Source: Octopus sinensis
Lineage: Eukaryota
Assembly: GCF_006345805.1 (NCBI RefSeq)
Contig: NC_043004.1
Span: 95,356,001-95,420,000, forward strand
Reading direction: 5' to 3'
Length of the DNA stretch: 64,000 nt
The notes beneath the pieces were generated by a model. The model saw nothing but the letters and a program-made list of their open reading frames with translations, had not been told where the DNA came from and did no database searches. Shown piece after piece: positions 1 to 13,099 of this stretch (position 1 is its first letter; each line of letters opens with the position of its first letter). A program made the translations under genes and the position numbers.

Positions 1-525
1 ATTCGACGAAGCGGGGCCAATCTACAATGAAATCCTGAAAGCAGTTTTAAAGAAAAATTCAAATACATAACCAAAATCACACAAATGAACCATGTTCCAA
101 ACAAAACAATGAAAAGAAACATCATATGGTTAAACCCGCTCTTCAGTTTAAACATAGCAAGAAATGCTGCCAGCGGTTTCTTAATATTAATCATTCGCCA
201 GCCTTCATACTCCCATACATAACGCAAGTTAGTGAGCAGGAACAAAATAAAAGTAGCTGCAGCTGCACAAGACTTATCATCCATGTCATATCAACTGCAT
301 ATCTAGAAACCCATATCCAGCAATCAAAACGAAATGCCCGTTAGATGGAAATTTCCTTTAAAAAAATAATGCAATAGTATTTTAATAGAAAGAAAATTTC
401 AAAAACTACATTGATGTAACACATGCTATATATACAACCATATACAGACAACATATACACTCGTTTCGCAATACACACAAAACAAATCCAATAATTTTGT
501 TGAAGTATTTTTGATATTTGTGTAT
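1..525 (+). mobile_element. Degraded Penelope-like element ORF fragment (RT-thumb linker to GIY-YIG endonuclease)
   Basis: Frameshifted translations give FDEAGPIYNEILK, KRNIIWLNPLFSLNIA (112-159), KLVSRNKIKV, KCPLDGN, KNYIDVT and QHIHSFRN. These match, in order, the PLE motifs FxxAAPxYxxALK, KRNIIWFNPPFS, KIFNRNTIKVSYSC, CPLxGxC, YIGxT and NHxxSFR. Confidence 0.8.
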
Positions 526-539
526 GTGTGTATGTAGCT

Positions 540-2292
540 TCACTGATGTTGCAACATTAAATCTTAGATTAAAATTATAACATTATGACAGGTGTAAAAT
601 TTTATCATAAACACTGTAAAATTACATCATTGACTTTGTAACTTTTCGCCATAGACGTTTTGATTTAGATACCTGAAGTTATGAAATTACATCTGTACAT
701 AAGGTATATCATTTTCGTTGAAAATTGTAACATTGACGTTGTAAAATTACATTATAGACATTGATAAACGATATCACAGATGTAGAGAAATTATATCTTT
801 GATGTTGGAACACTGACGTGATAAAATAACATCAATTACATTATAAAAGAAATTACAATTCTGACGTTGCCATATGGTAATCTTAAAACTATGTGGTTAT
901 AACAATGATTGTGTGATATTACATTAAAAATTAGTACAATTATCACACTAAAATTATGAAATAGGGATGTGACGTTGAGAAGTTTTAACTCAATGACGTT
1001 TTGAAATCAACGTCGTTGAATTAGATTATTTGCGTTCACAATGACGTTGGGAATATACAATATCGAATTTTTTCGAAGAGGACATTGACATTGTGAATTG
1101 ACAATTATTTATCTTTCATGTTTTCAAACAACATAAGTGATTTGCGAAAATACTGTGTCCATAATAATAAATTACATAAAGCAGATTATTGAATTATATA
1201 AGTGATGCTATGGAAGTTATCATAAATGGTGTAAATTTATAACAATAACGTTAGGAAAGTAACATAAATAGCATTGTGAATGTACATAATTGATGATGTT
1301 AAGTGGCATTGTTAAAGTTGTAATATTACAGAATTGAAATAATTCATAATGTAAAATTGAAGTTTCTAACGTTTAGAATTTATATTATTTACGTTATGAA
1401 ATTATATCTTTACTGGAATGAAACTTCTTAATATATTTTTTTAAAATTACATCATTGACAAGACTGATGTTGTGGATCATATCTTTGAAAATATTGTACA
1501 TTACATCATTACATCATCGACGTTCTGAGATTTGATCAATAATGCTATAGAATTACGTCACTGACGTTGCGAAATTATGTCATCATTTGTGGTAAAACTG
1601 CATCGTTGCCGTTCAAGCATTACATCACTGCCTTTGGTATATTACATCATAGGTATTTTGAAATTACGTCATCGACATTGATATCACTGAGGTTACATTT
1701 TTGTCGCAATATCGTCGTTGTGAAAATGTATCCTTGATGTTGTATGTAAATAAGAGATTAACGTTTTGAAATGTTTTAATATACAAAGATGTTTGAAAAA
1801 ACTTTAAGCAATGCAAGTGGAAAATTAGGTAAAATATGCAAGGTGGTGTCAATAAATGAAATAAAGGGAGAAAAGATATTGTATTACTTTGAGGTGTTAT
1901 ATAAGTTCTTTAATTATCCGATAATATTTCGACAAAAAGTCTCCTTTTCAAATAGGAGTTCGGGGAAATCTGTTGTTACCGGTAGCGAACATTAAAATCA
2001 CCTATCAGTAACTACATATTCATTAATCTTCAGAAATTATCTCAATGACATTGATATATAACGTCACAGGCGTTGCGAAATAACACCATTAATGCTGAGA
2101 AATTACATAATTGATTTTATTATCTAAATTAGTGACGTTATGCAAGTCATCATCAAAGCTGCTGTTATACGAATTACGTTGTGAAAGCGATCAAAAGATT
2201 TGCAAAATTACGTCACAGACGTTTCAGGATACCATCACTGGAATTCTATAGTGACATAAATACTGACGTTGCGAAATCAGATTGTGTTACTA

Positions 2293-2358
<66 letters not shown>

Positions 2359-2378
2359 CATCATCATTATTATTATTA

Positions 2379-2448
<70 letters not shown>

Positions 2449-4170
2449 TTTATTATTATTATTTTACAAACCCAGTGATGTGTCCACATCGCTGGGTTTG
2501 TAAAAAGTACATCACTGACATTTTGAAATTTAAATTTAACGCTTTGAATTTACATCACTGACGTTGTAAAATTACGTCATTTCATTGTTATGGGTCTTGC
2601 AAATTTCCATCAATGACCGAATTAACTGAAAACACCGACTTTTTAAATTTCCATCATCGACGTCCTAAAATTACGTCTTCGACGTTTTGATATTGCATTA
2701 TTGACATTTTAAATTACATATCATTGCTGTTGTAAAATGATATCATGGATATTGTAACTCTGCACAATTCATATTGTTAATTGACATCATTCATGTTGCG
2801 AATTTACATTTCATCTGATTTTAAATTTACATGCTTAATGGTTATAAAGTGCATAATTGATGTAGTGAAATTCCAGTGCTAACGTTTTGAATTTAAATTT
2901 ATCTGTGTTGCATTATTACATCACTGCCTCTGTGAAGATACAACAGAGATATCGAAAATTTACAACACTGAGTTGGGTTAATTACAGCATTTACAACTGA
3001 TTGTATAAATTTACCGCCACCGATTTAGTGAAATTAAATTCTTAAAATTGAAACATTATATGATAGATTTTTTTTGTGGTGGTGTTTAAATTAAACCATT
3101 AACGTTGGAAAATAAAAGGAAGATATTGTTAAGTTGTTTTAACCGGGCAAGTTTATATCATTTACAGTGGAGAGTTATATTATTGCTGTTCGGGAACTAC
3201 ATCAATGTTATAATATTGCAATCATTCACTTTGGAAAAGCACGTAAATATATATAGTGAAATACGTCACTGAAATACAGGACCTCAGAGGTAAAATTTTA
3301 TAATGTCAATGATAAAATACTTCAAAAGACAAAATTGAAATATTTTCCGACATAATTTCACAATGCTGTAGTTTTATATATTCGATATTTTAAATTCGCG
3401 AATTTAATTTTATAACGTTAATAATGTAACATTGAAAATCTTATACTAATTTTCACGACGTTATTGATATCATTTCACATTCTAAAATGACATTATTGTT
3501 GTTATTAAATTACATTAATGACACTGAAAAGTGAATCATTGAAAATTAATTCATTGACGTTGATAAATTATATATTTGGCCTTTTTACGTTTAATTGCGT
3601 CACGACATTGTGAGATACGATCGTTGTTATTATGACTTCATATCATTGACGTTGAAAATGACATCAACGTCATCGTTAAATTACAATTTCAAATTGTAAA
3701 ATGCTTATTTGAAAATGACCAGAATGACGCTGAGAAACTACACTATTGTCATTGAGGAATTGCGTTTTGCCATTATCGTTTCAAAATTGTGTCATTAATT
3801 AGATGTATCAGCGTTGAAATATTTGCAATGTCGACGTTTCGAAATTGTATCATCATTGTTCTAAATTCACTTTAGTGACATTGAAAATAAATATATCAGC
3901 TTCGTAAAAATTACATTTCCAAACTTTAAAATTACATCTCTGGAATTGGGAATTTACGTTTGTGAAATAACATGCAGGACATCTTATTAAATACCTTGCC
4001 TAGGTTAGAAAATTACAACAATAGTGTTGTGACATTATATACTTGTTGTTTTTGAAATTATATCAAGAAGTTCTATTCCTGTCGTTCTAACGGAAAATTC
4101 ATCATCAACGTGTGAAATTCGATTTGGGGAATCCTTTGAATGTAAAGCTACTTCAACAACACCGTAAAAT
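540..4170. repeat. Old, highly degenerate ~22-bp satellite (consensus ~CATTGACGTTGTAAAATTACAT)
   Basis: Consecutive 22-mers such as cattgacgttgtaaaattacat / tatagacattgataaacgatat / cacagatgtagagaaattatat near 731-796. The motifs tgacgt and aaattacat recur throughout. Confidence 0.75.
2288..2460. repeat. (TTA)n microsatellite
   Basis: Direct reading; explains the poly-L/Y/I ORFs. Confidence 0.95.
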
Positions 4171-4279
4171 TCTATTTTAAAATTATATATATATTTATGT
4201 GTGTGTGTGAGTTTGAAAGATTGTAGAGCAGCGTCATTGACATGAATTTATTTCTTGTCAATGTTAAAATATATTCATT

Positions 4280-4322
<43 letters not shown>

Positions 4323-4324
<2 letters not shown>

Positions 4325-4487
4325 CGCAGGAGTGGCTGTGTGGTAAGTAGCTTGTTTACCAACCACATGGTTCCGAGTTCAGTCCCACTGCGTGGCACCT
4401 TGGGCAAGTGTCTTCTACTATAGCCTCGGGCCGACCAAAGCCTTGTGAGTTGATTTGGTAGACGGAAACTGAAAGAAGCCCATCGTA

Positions 4488-4541
<54 letters not shown>

Positions 4542-4730
4542 TGTTTGTCCCCCTAGCATTGCTTGACAACCGATGCTGGTGTGTTTATGTCCCCGTAACT
4601 TAGCGGTTCGGTAAAAGAGACCGATAGAATAAGTACTGGGCTTACAAAAGAATAAGTCCCGGGGTCGAGTTGCTCGATTAAAGGCGGTGCTCCAGCATGG
4701 CCGCAGTCAAATGACTGAAACAAGTAAAAG
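4323..4730 (+). mobile_element. SINE family A, full length (tRNA-like head, CORE-like segment, internal (TA)n, tail ending gtaaaagag)
   Basis: Starts ggcgcaggagtggctgtgtgg (A-box) and ggttccgagttcagtccc (B-box), followed by accttgggcaagtg. Many near-identical copies occur in the window, flanked by (TA)n. Confidence 0.9.
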
Positions 4731-4783
4731 ATATATATATATATATCTGTAAATGTAATGTATGACAATTATTCGGTAGCCAT

Positions 4784-4844
4784 GATAAAACTCCAAGTTT
4801 CGGATATCGAGGTGGAAATCCACGCCGCCATCTCTTCAGTTATC
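4784..4844 (-). ncRNA. Hammerhead-like motif, family 3, diverged copy
   Basis: Minus strand: GAUAA-CUGAAGA-GAUG..UAUC-C-GAA-ACUU G GAGU-U-UUAUC. Homologous to the elements at 24656 and 30726. Confidence 0.55.
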
Positions 4845-5251
4845 CGGTCATCGGATATAGATATATATTCACTTATATATATTTTAGTATATTCACTTAT
4901 ATTCTATAGGCTATTTTACTTCAGTCATCGCACTGCGACCATTCTACGTCCTTCAAAATTTAGTTGAGCAAGGATTTAGTCGAGCAAATAGACACAGTAC
5001 TTATTTTAAAATCTGTTATTTATTCTATCGGTTAATTTTGGTGAACCACTAAGCTATGAAGATGTAAACAAATAAACCATACCATTTGTCAAACTGGGGC
5101 GGTGCAAAACACAAAACCAAAAATGAAACACATACAAGCACACAAATAGATGTATTTGTACGTAATGATGCCAGTCATTAGTCATTGAATTTTAAATACA
5201 CTGGACCTTTTAAAGTTTTGTCAATTGAAGATAAAACTATGACTTTGGATA

Positions 5252-5798
5252 TCTCTCTCTATATAAACGGCAGTTTGTCTGTCTGTGTGTCTGTGTGTCT
5301 GTCAGGTTGTACCCTCACCCTGACCACGGCTTTCAACCGATTCTGATGAAACTTGACACACACATAGCCCAATGTCATAATTCAAAACTAACGCAGCGAA
5401 AATTTTGAAGAATTTCCCCAGTTTTTAAAAAAATCGATAAATTCGACATGGGGTCGAGAGTCTCAGTTTTTTATATGCAACACATTTTATGTTGTAGTTT
5501 TCGCAACTTGCAATCGATTTTCACCAAACTCATGGTGAAGCTTAATGTTACCCTAAGAAACTTAATTCTACCGTTAGTTTTCCATGCAATACCTTACCAT
5601 CAGAAAAATCGATAAAATCATGCCATTTGGGGAAATCGCGTTTTCGCCCAAAGGGACAGCTAGGAACATCGTATACACAGAAGACATTGAAACCTACACA
5701 TGCACCTTCGTTCCCTAGAAGGAAAGGACTAGATTGGGATTAGTCGTTGCCTACTAGGGGCTCTTACATACCCGGGCAACGCCGGGCTATGCTGCTAG
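5252..5798 (+). mobile_element. Non-autonomous Helitron
   Basis: 5' TCTCTCTCTATATAAAC, subterminal hairpin cccgggcaacgccggg (5771-5786) and 3' CTAG. Inserted between A5251 and T5799 with no TSD. Confidence 0.85.
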
Positions 5799-6030
5799 TG
5801 CATGATAAAAAGGAAGTTGTCAGTCTAGACAGAGTTAAAAAAGTTTATTTCGATCAGTCTTCATGTCATGAGAATAGAAAGTTCAGCAACACATTTCAAA
5901 ATAACACGAAACAGAACAATTCACAAAACAGCGAACTTAAGGTTGAAGAAAAGATCCACAAGTAAATTTTAAAATCACCTACCAGCGAAAAGAAAACTAA
6001 AAGTGGTAGAATGGTATATTTTCCCAACAG

Positions 6031-6444
6031 GGCGGCGAGCTGGCAGAAACGTTAGTACGCTGGGCGAAATGCTTAGCGGTATTTCGTCTGCTGTTACGTT
6101 CTGAGTTCAAATTCCGCCGAGGTCGACTTTGCCTTTCATCCTTTCGGGGTCGATAAATTAAGTACCAGTTACGCACTGGGGTCGATGTAATCGACTTAGT
6201 ACCTATGTCTGTCCTTGTTTGTCCCCTCTGTGTTTAGCCCCTTGTGGGTAATAAAGAAATAGGTATTTCGTCTGCCGTTACGTTTTGAGTTCAAATGCCG
6301 CCGAGGTCGACTTTGCCTTTCATCCTTTCGGGGTCGATTAAATAAGTACCAGTTACGCACTGGGGTCGATATAATCGACTTAATCTGTTTGTCTGTCCTT
6401 GTTTGTCCTCTCTGTGTTTAGCCCCTTGTGGGTAGTAAAGAAAT
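6031..6444 (+). mobile_element. SINE family B dimer (one head, two core+tail units)
   Basis: Head ggcggcgagctggcag..gagttcaaattcc, core gactttgcctttcatcctttcggggtcgat and tail ccccttgtggg..aataaagaaat. The second unit restarts at gtatttcgtctg. Confidence 0.9.
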
Positions 6445-7604
6445 AAATAGGTATATTTTCCCAAAAGATTTTCTCAGTTTGTTTGAATATATTCCTCGTG
6501 AACTTTTATATTCCCCGATTATTTTTATAAAAAAAAGATTTTATAATTTTTTCCAGAGAAATTATATTGCGCAATTTGATAAACTTTCCATGGGCGCTGT
6601 ATTATTGTAAAACCGTGATGCGCAGTTATTTTCATTTGTTTAACATGTGGATACATTAGTAAATTTGTATACTTGACTTACTAAAAATATTAATTCCAGC
6701 TATGTATTGAAATATATTTGTATTATTAATATTCTTTTTTTTTCGCAAGATTTTAACAATTTTTCTGGTTGAGGGCTTATGTAGCGACACAAGTCATAAA
6801 AAAACTTTTATCGGCGGTAATATGACGTAATAGTCATGTTGCCCGAATAGGTATAATTGTTAGTTTCCCATTGGTTGAAATTACTTCTTATATTTGAATT
6901 CTAACTTAGGTCAAAGAGAAATCTTTCACGAAATTCGGTTCTTAGAATTCAGCTATGAGCAGTTATAAAAACACTTATTTTGGGGAAATTGATCAGTGTT
7001 CGTTGGTTGTCACCCAGTTCCACGACGCTCACTCTCTTGAGATATTGGCTTTTGTTATGCCATGTCTATTATCTAATTCAACAAGGCTATTTTGAATTTT
7101 TTTAAAAAACTCTAGTAGCTTAGTTATGGAAGAATTAGCTAATATAAATTTTATGTCGTAACTCTACTCTTTGACTTATAAAAGTGTACAGTAAATATTA
7201 AATATATGTAAAGAAACTAAGTTAGCAAATAATTTCTTTTTCTTCCTTTTCTTCAACCTGCTGATGAAATTTATTTCTGCGACTATGAAACTGTTATTAT
7301 AGTGATGAAAAAGAGCGAGCTTTATTATCTTCAACATACATGCACGTTCAGAGTCTTGTGGTGTGTATAATTCACCAAGGCGTTTACGCAGCCTGAGTTA
7401 AGATTTATATATGGTGATAAATGCTTATAATTAGGTTATAAGTGACGGGTTTATCGCCATGGATTCCTACTCAAGAAATATTTTATATTTATTATCTCTT
7501 CCAAGTCAAAACCGTTTTAAGTTGGTAATCCACCGTTTGCCACTCGTCATTTCTTCTCAATACTAACACCGGTTATAAAACACCGTTATATATATAAATA
7601 TATA

Positions 7605-8000
7605 GGCGCAGGAGTGGCTGTGTGGTAAGTAGCTTGTTAACCAACCACATGGTTCCGGGTTCAGTCCCACTGCGTGGCATCTTGGGCAAGTGTCTTCTGC
7701 TATAGCCCCGGGCCGACCAATGCCTTGTGAGTGGATTTGGTAGACGGAAACTGAAAGAAGCCTGTCGTATATATGCATATATATGTGTATTTGTGTGTGT
7801 TTGTCCCCCTAGCATTGCTTGACAACCGATGCTGGTGCGTTTACGTCCCCGTCACTTAGCGGTTCGGCAAAAGAGACCGATAGAATAAGTACTGGGCTTA
7901 CGCAGAATAAGTCCCGGGTCGATTTGCCCACTAAAGGCGGTGCTCCAGCATGGCCGCAGTCAAATGACTGAAACATGTAAAAGAGTAAAGAGTAAAGAGT
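7605..8000 (+). mobile_element. SINE family A, full length
   Basis: Same head, core and tail as 4323-4730, with a (taaagag)n tail. Confidence 0.9.
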
Positions 8001-8269
8001 AATATACACCTCGAACCCACAAAAGTTAACAAGAGAGACAAAGACAGGCAGAAACAAGGAAAATGCCACTTGTATTTGAACACTATGCAAATATTCTTTT
8101 AAAAAAACTTTTCTTTTAATTTTTCCCAATTTAATTGCCTTCCATACTTACAGTTGAAAAAGTCTCAATGACTGAAACCGTTACTGGAATTTGCTTTTTA
8201 TAAAATTATTTTAGCATTTTCTATCTTGAATTTTTCTCCACACACACACACACACCACACACACACACA

Positions 8270-8719
<450 letters not shown>

Positions 8720-8879
8720 GACGAGCTGCCATACAGTTACCGTCTACCGAATTCACTGTCAAAGCATTGGTCAAAGCATTGGGACTGTAGTCGAAACTCT
8801 TGCCTAAGGTACCATGGAGTGAGACTGAACTAAAATGCGCATGGTTGCAAAGCAAACTCTTCAACTATACAGTAGTTGA

Positions 8880-10560
8880 AAAATTGCAACATCGGCATTT
8901 TCAAGTAACATCACGAAAATCGTGAACCGACAAAATATATACTGTAAAAATTATTATTTTTTTTTAATGACCATCTACAAGTTGCAATATTAGCACTGCA
9001 AAATTATGTCTTTGAATTTAGTGAATTACGTCATTGCCGTTGTAAAATAACATTAGTGAGGTTAGAAAATGACATCAAAGACTCGTAAACTCACAGCTTC
9101 ATACATGTTTCAAAACTAATGCGACTGACTTTGTGAAATTACGTTGGTGACGCTTGAAAATAGCAGCAATGACGGGGTGAAATTTCAGTATCGACTTTTA
9201 ATGATACTTCGAACATTAATGTTTTGAATTAACATCTCCGTAATATCGAACGCTCAGATATTACATTATTCATATTTTGATATGGTGTAGCTTAGCTTAC
9301 ACTGTGAAACTACAATGCTGACTTAGTTAAAATACATCTTTTACTTACTGAAATTCGAAAGCTGACGTTGAAAATTTACATTAGTAGCGTTGTGAAGTTA
9401 CGATATTGGTGTTGTGGATTTACGCTACTCCTCATTGACGTCAATGACATTACGCTACTCCTCATTGACGTCAATGACTTTACGCTACTCCTCGTTGACG
9501 TCAATGACATTACACTATTCCTCATTGACGTCAATGGCATTAGTCTACTCCTCATTGACGTCAATGGCATTTCGCTACTCCTCATTGACGTCAATGACAT
9601 TACGCTACTCCTCGTTGACGTCAATGACATTACGCTACTCATTGACGTCAATGACTTTACGCTACTCCTCGTTGACGTCAATGACTTTACGCTACTCCTC
9701 GTTGACGTCAATGACTTTACGCTACTCCTCGTTGATGTCAATGACATTACACTACTCCTCATTGACGTCAATGGCATTACGCTACTCCACATTGACGTCA
9801 AGGACATTACGCTACTCCTCAATGACGTCAATGACTTTACGCTACTCCTCATTGACGTCAATGACATTACGCTACTCCTCATTGACGTCAATGACATTAC
9901 GCTACTCCTCATTGACGTCAAGGACATTACGCTACTCCTCAATGACGTCAATGACATTACGCTACTCCTCATTATACCTATAAGGTTGTAAAATTAACTC
10001 ATTGACCTTGTGAATAATATCATGGATAGTGTGGAATTGCGTAACTGATTTTGTGAAAGTATATTCGTGTCAATACAAATGTCATCATCATTGATGTCAT
10101 AGAATATATCATTGTCATTTGAAAGTGATCTTAACTTTGTTAAATTACATTATTGACGTTTGGAAACTGACTTTATGAAATTATATCACTAATACCATTG
10201 ATGTTGTATTTTTATAACATTATTGTCATTGTTATTTAATTATTATTTAATTATCTTATTGATGTTACCATTCACTTTGTGAAAGTTACCATTGACCTTT
10301 GAGAGGTCAATATTTAGAGATAATAAAGTTAAATTAATGATGACGTTAATTTATATTAATAACGTTGTGAATTGACATCTTTTACAATATGTAAAATTGT
10401 CGTTACCCTTATTAACGCTATCGTTTTGTTTTTTTAAATTGATATTATTACCATGGTGTGTTTACAGCACGGTTGAATATTATTTACGTTTGGAAACGTC
10501 ATCGTTCATATTAGAAATTAGTCATTTATGTTACGAAATGTTATCAAAATATACAACATC
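8880..10560. repeat. Continuation of the degenerate 22-bp satellite
   Basis: Recurrent aaattacgtcattgccgttgtaaaataacat-type units on both sides of the 30-bp array. Confidence 0.6.
9421..9973. repeat. Young 30-bp minisatellite, ~18 units, carrying the CRE octamer TGACGTCA, mostly within the palindrome ATTGACGTCAAT
   Basis: Unit tacgctactcctcattgacgtcaatgacat. One unit is 27 bp, and 17 of 18 units keep TGACGTCA. Confidence 0.95.
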
Positions 10561-10632
10561 CACATTGGAAAAGTTTTACTTAATAGATGGAAGTTAACAC
10601 AAAACATATTCTCAATATACTGATGAGAGAAA

Positions 10633-11027
10633 TCTTTATATATAAAAGTGAGGTTGTGTGCTGTCTGTCTCCTACGATTTAGATTCCTAACTACTCCCAC
10701 ATTTTGCGGTGCAGTTTAACCAAAACCGGCTATCTTATAGTCGTGATTCATATCGAGCCCTTCTGGGTATTAGCGCGCGTCTACGATGAGTCTACGATTT
10801 TTTAAATAATTTACCATCAATTTTTTCCATTTTTAATGCATTTTTGGCATATATAAGGGAAGTAACTCTCTAAAAATTTATTATTAAATCTCAGAACGTA
10901 AAAAGCTACAGTAACACCCCCCTTTGTGGTTATGCATATTGAGATGGCTATTATACTTTACATCTCTAAAAATGCTAATATAGTTATTTCCCTTACAAAC
11001 CCGAGCAACGCCGGGCGATACTGCTAG
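10633..11027 (+). mobile_element. Non-autonomous Helitron (second subfamily)
   Basis: 5' A|TCTTTATATATAAAAG, 3' hairpin cccgagcaacgccggg, then CTAG|T. Confidence 0.8.
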
Positions 11028-12361
11028 TTCTTTATAAAGAAAGGTTTTATTCTCAATAAATCTTGCTTATCAGTTTGTTTCTCCGATGATACGATTAACG
11101 AGTAACACTGCAACATAGCGCAACAAGTATACAAAACAAAATCCTCATCAGTTACACAAGTTCCCAGCTCCTCATAGCAGTAAAACTACCTTATCCGTGG
11201 TAACTATTTACAGATGAGCAAATTAGATGTGAGTTGTGTGTCTTTGTAATGGAGTCACGGAAAGACACACTGTTTTACCTATGACGAGATAAGAACTGTC
11301 AATCCTTCAGCCTGTAGACCAGAATTCTATCGACTCCACTTGATGCAGCTCTCCAAATTACCTTTAGCTAAACAAATAATGAAATTTGAGACAAAAAAAA
11401 TCTACAAATTAGTTTCTGTTTGTATTTCCCATCTCCAAAACCTTTATAGTTGTCAACAACATGAATACATACAAGAGATGCGTAAGTGGCCTCTCTCTCT
11501 CATTCTTTATCTCCATCTCTTTCTGTCTATCTCTTCTCCCTCGGCAAATTTACACTCATTGCTCCTACCTTACCTACACACTAAACAATTCTTTCATCTT
11601 TCGGTAGTTTTGTTTTTGAGGTCTGATTAGATAAAGTATGTTTTGCTGTTTTTTATTCCTCTAATATTTCTTTTCGGTAAACAAAATTATGTTCTTCATT
11701 TTATCACTAATGGCAAATTATCTGCTACATCATACCTTTAATTGCATTCCATTCAGATCCTTCCAACATTATGTGGACGTTTCTTAAGAAAGTAAAAACA
11801 CATAAAACGTAACGAAAAAGGAACAAAAGTAAAATATAATTATATCGGAAACAAAAATGAGGTCGTAGCACAAAACACAGCTCGTGAGTTTTGATAATGG
11901 CTAAATTCTTATTATAAGATCCCGCCGAAGGAATATTTGTACACAATATAATGATGTGGTAATTTCTATTGTCTTTTATTTCATTAATTGAATATTTATT
12001 TGTATAACTATTTACATAAAGCAAGGAAAGCGCATGTCTATTTTGTGTGTGTACGTATGTGGATGGAATGCTTACAGGAGGATCAGAAAGTATTCAACAC
12101 TAAAATTAGAGTAAGTTATTTGACTGAAAAATGACCATTTACAAATCGTTTCTCTGAGATTTTCATAGTTTCGCTTCAGATGATGGCGAAATCTGAAACA
12201 TACGACGAAATTTTAAAGAGCTTTAAGGTCATGTGTGTGTATTATATGTATGTATATTAGTATGAATATGTGTGTATACAGAGGGATAGGGAGAGAGAGA
12301 GAGGGGGAGAGACGGACGGACGAACGAACGTATGGACGAACGGATTGATGGATGATAGATC

Positions 12362-12411
<50 letters not shown>

Positions 12412-12416
12412 CATAC

Positions 12417-12453
<37 letters not shown>

Positions 12454-12455
12454 AC

Positions 12456-12645
12456 CTCGTGTGTACCGTTGGCGATTTTTTTCCTCTGTCTTCCCTTCTC
12501 TGGATTTTTCCTTCTCCTATGTTTCCGACGAAGAGCTCCGCTCGAAACGTTAAACCCTCCTTCTTTCCTGAGTGTCCAATAATACTATATTTGTTCCACG
12601 TCCTCGCGTTGTTGTTTTTTTTTGTGCTTTCTTGTTTGGATTAAC
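12456..12645 (+). mobile_element. ~190-bp repeat between microsatellites carrying hammerhead family 1; probable PLE terminal-repeat derivative
   Basis: Near-identical inverted copy at 51700-51899. Both are bordered by (TA)n/(TG)n. Confidence 0.75.
12521..12555 (+). ncRNA. Minimal type I hammerhead-like motif, family 1 (CCGACGA core)
   Basis: GUUU-CCGACGA-A-GAGC ucc GCUC-GAA-ACGU-U-AAAC: 4-bp helix I, 4-bp helix II and palindromic ACGU helix III. Confidence 0.65.
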
Positions 12646-12691
<46 letters not shown>

Positions 12692-12704
12692 GGGAGAGAG
12701 AGAG

Positions 12705-12760
<56 letters not shown>

Positions 12761-13099
12761 AATGTTATTTTATTCCACACGAGTAGAAATATAGGAGAAA
12801 TAGACGTTGAAAATGCACTGAGAATAGTTAAAATATTTTTTATTAAAATATTTGAGGCTTTAAACGGTTTCACAGTTTACACTGAATTTCAAAATGTTCA
12901 AATAGAAAGGCATGACTTATGACGCAGCTGTCTTGCTTCTGACTAGTGTTTGAAGCTTGTCCTATTTTTATAGGGAGTTCATGGCTCAAATTAGTATATG
13001 TTTTGAATAGGATGTGATTGGTAGAGGATAGTCATATGACTGGTCTTAGACATCTTTGTAGGTTCCCCGCTACGTCCATGTTTTAGTATCAAGTGATAA

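Noticed and set aside
4323-4400. tRNA genes at SINE heads
   Set aside because: A/B boxes are present but there is no cloverleaf 3' half; they are SINE promoters.
7261-7305. CUGAUGA..GAAA hammerhead-like string
   Set aside because: Helix II is weak, helix I is absent and the cleavage position is G.
9421-9973. CRISPR-like palindromic repeats
   Set aside because: Units are contiguous with no unique spacers, the context is eukaryotic and there are no cas genes.
9368-9991. Three overlapping ~200-aa ORFs
   Set aside because: By-product of a stop-free 30-bp tandem repeat that is open on both strands.
10903-10919. 17-bp match aagctacagtaacaccc between Helitron 2 and the family-4 element
   Set aside because: About one such match is expected by chance in a 64-kb two-strand self-comparison.
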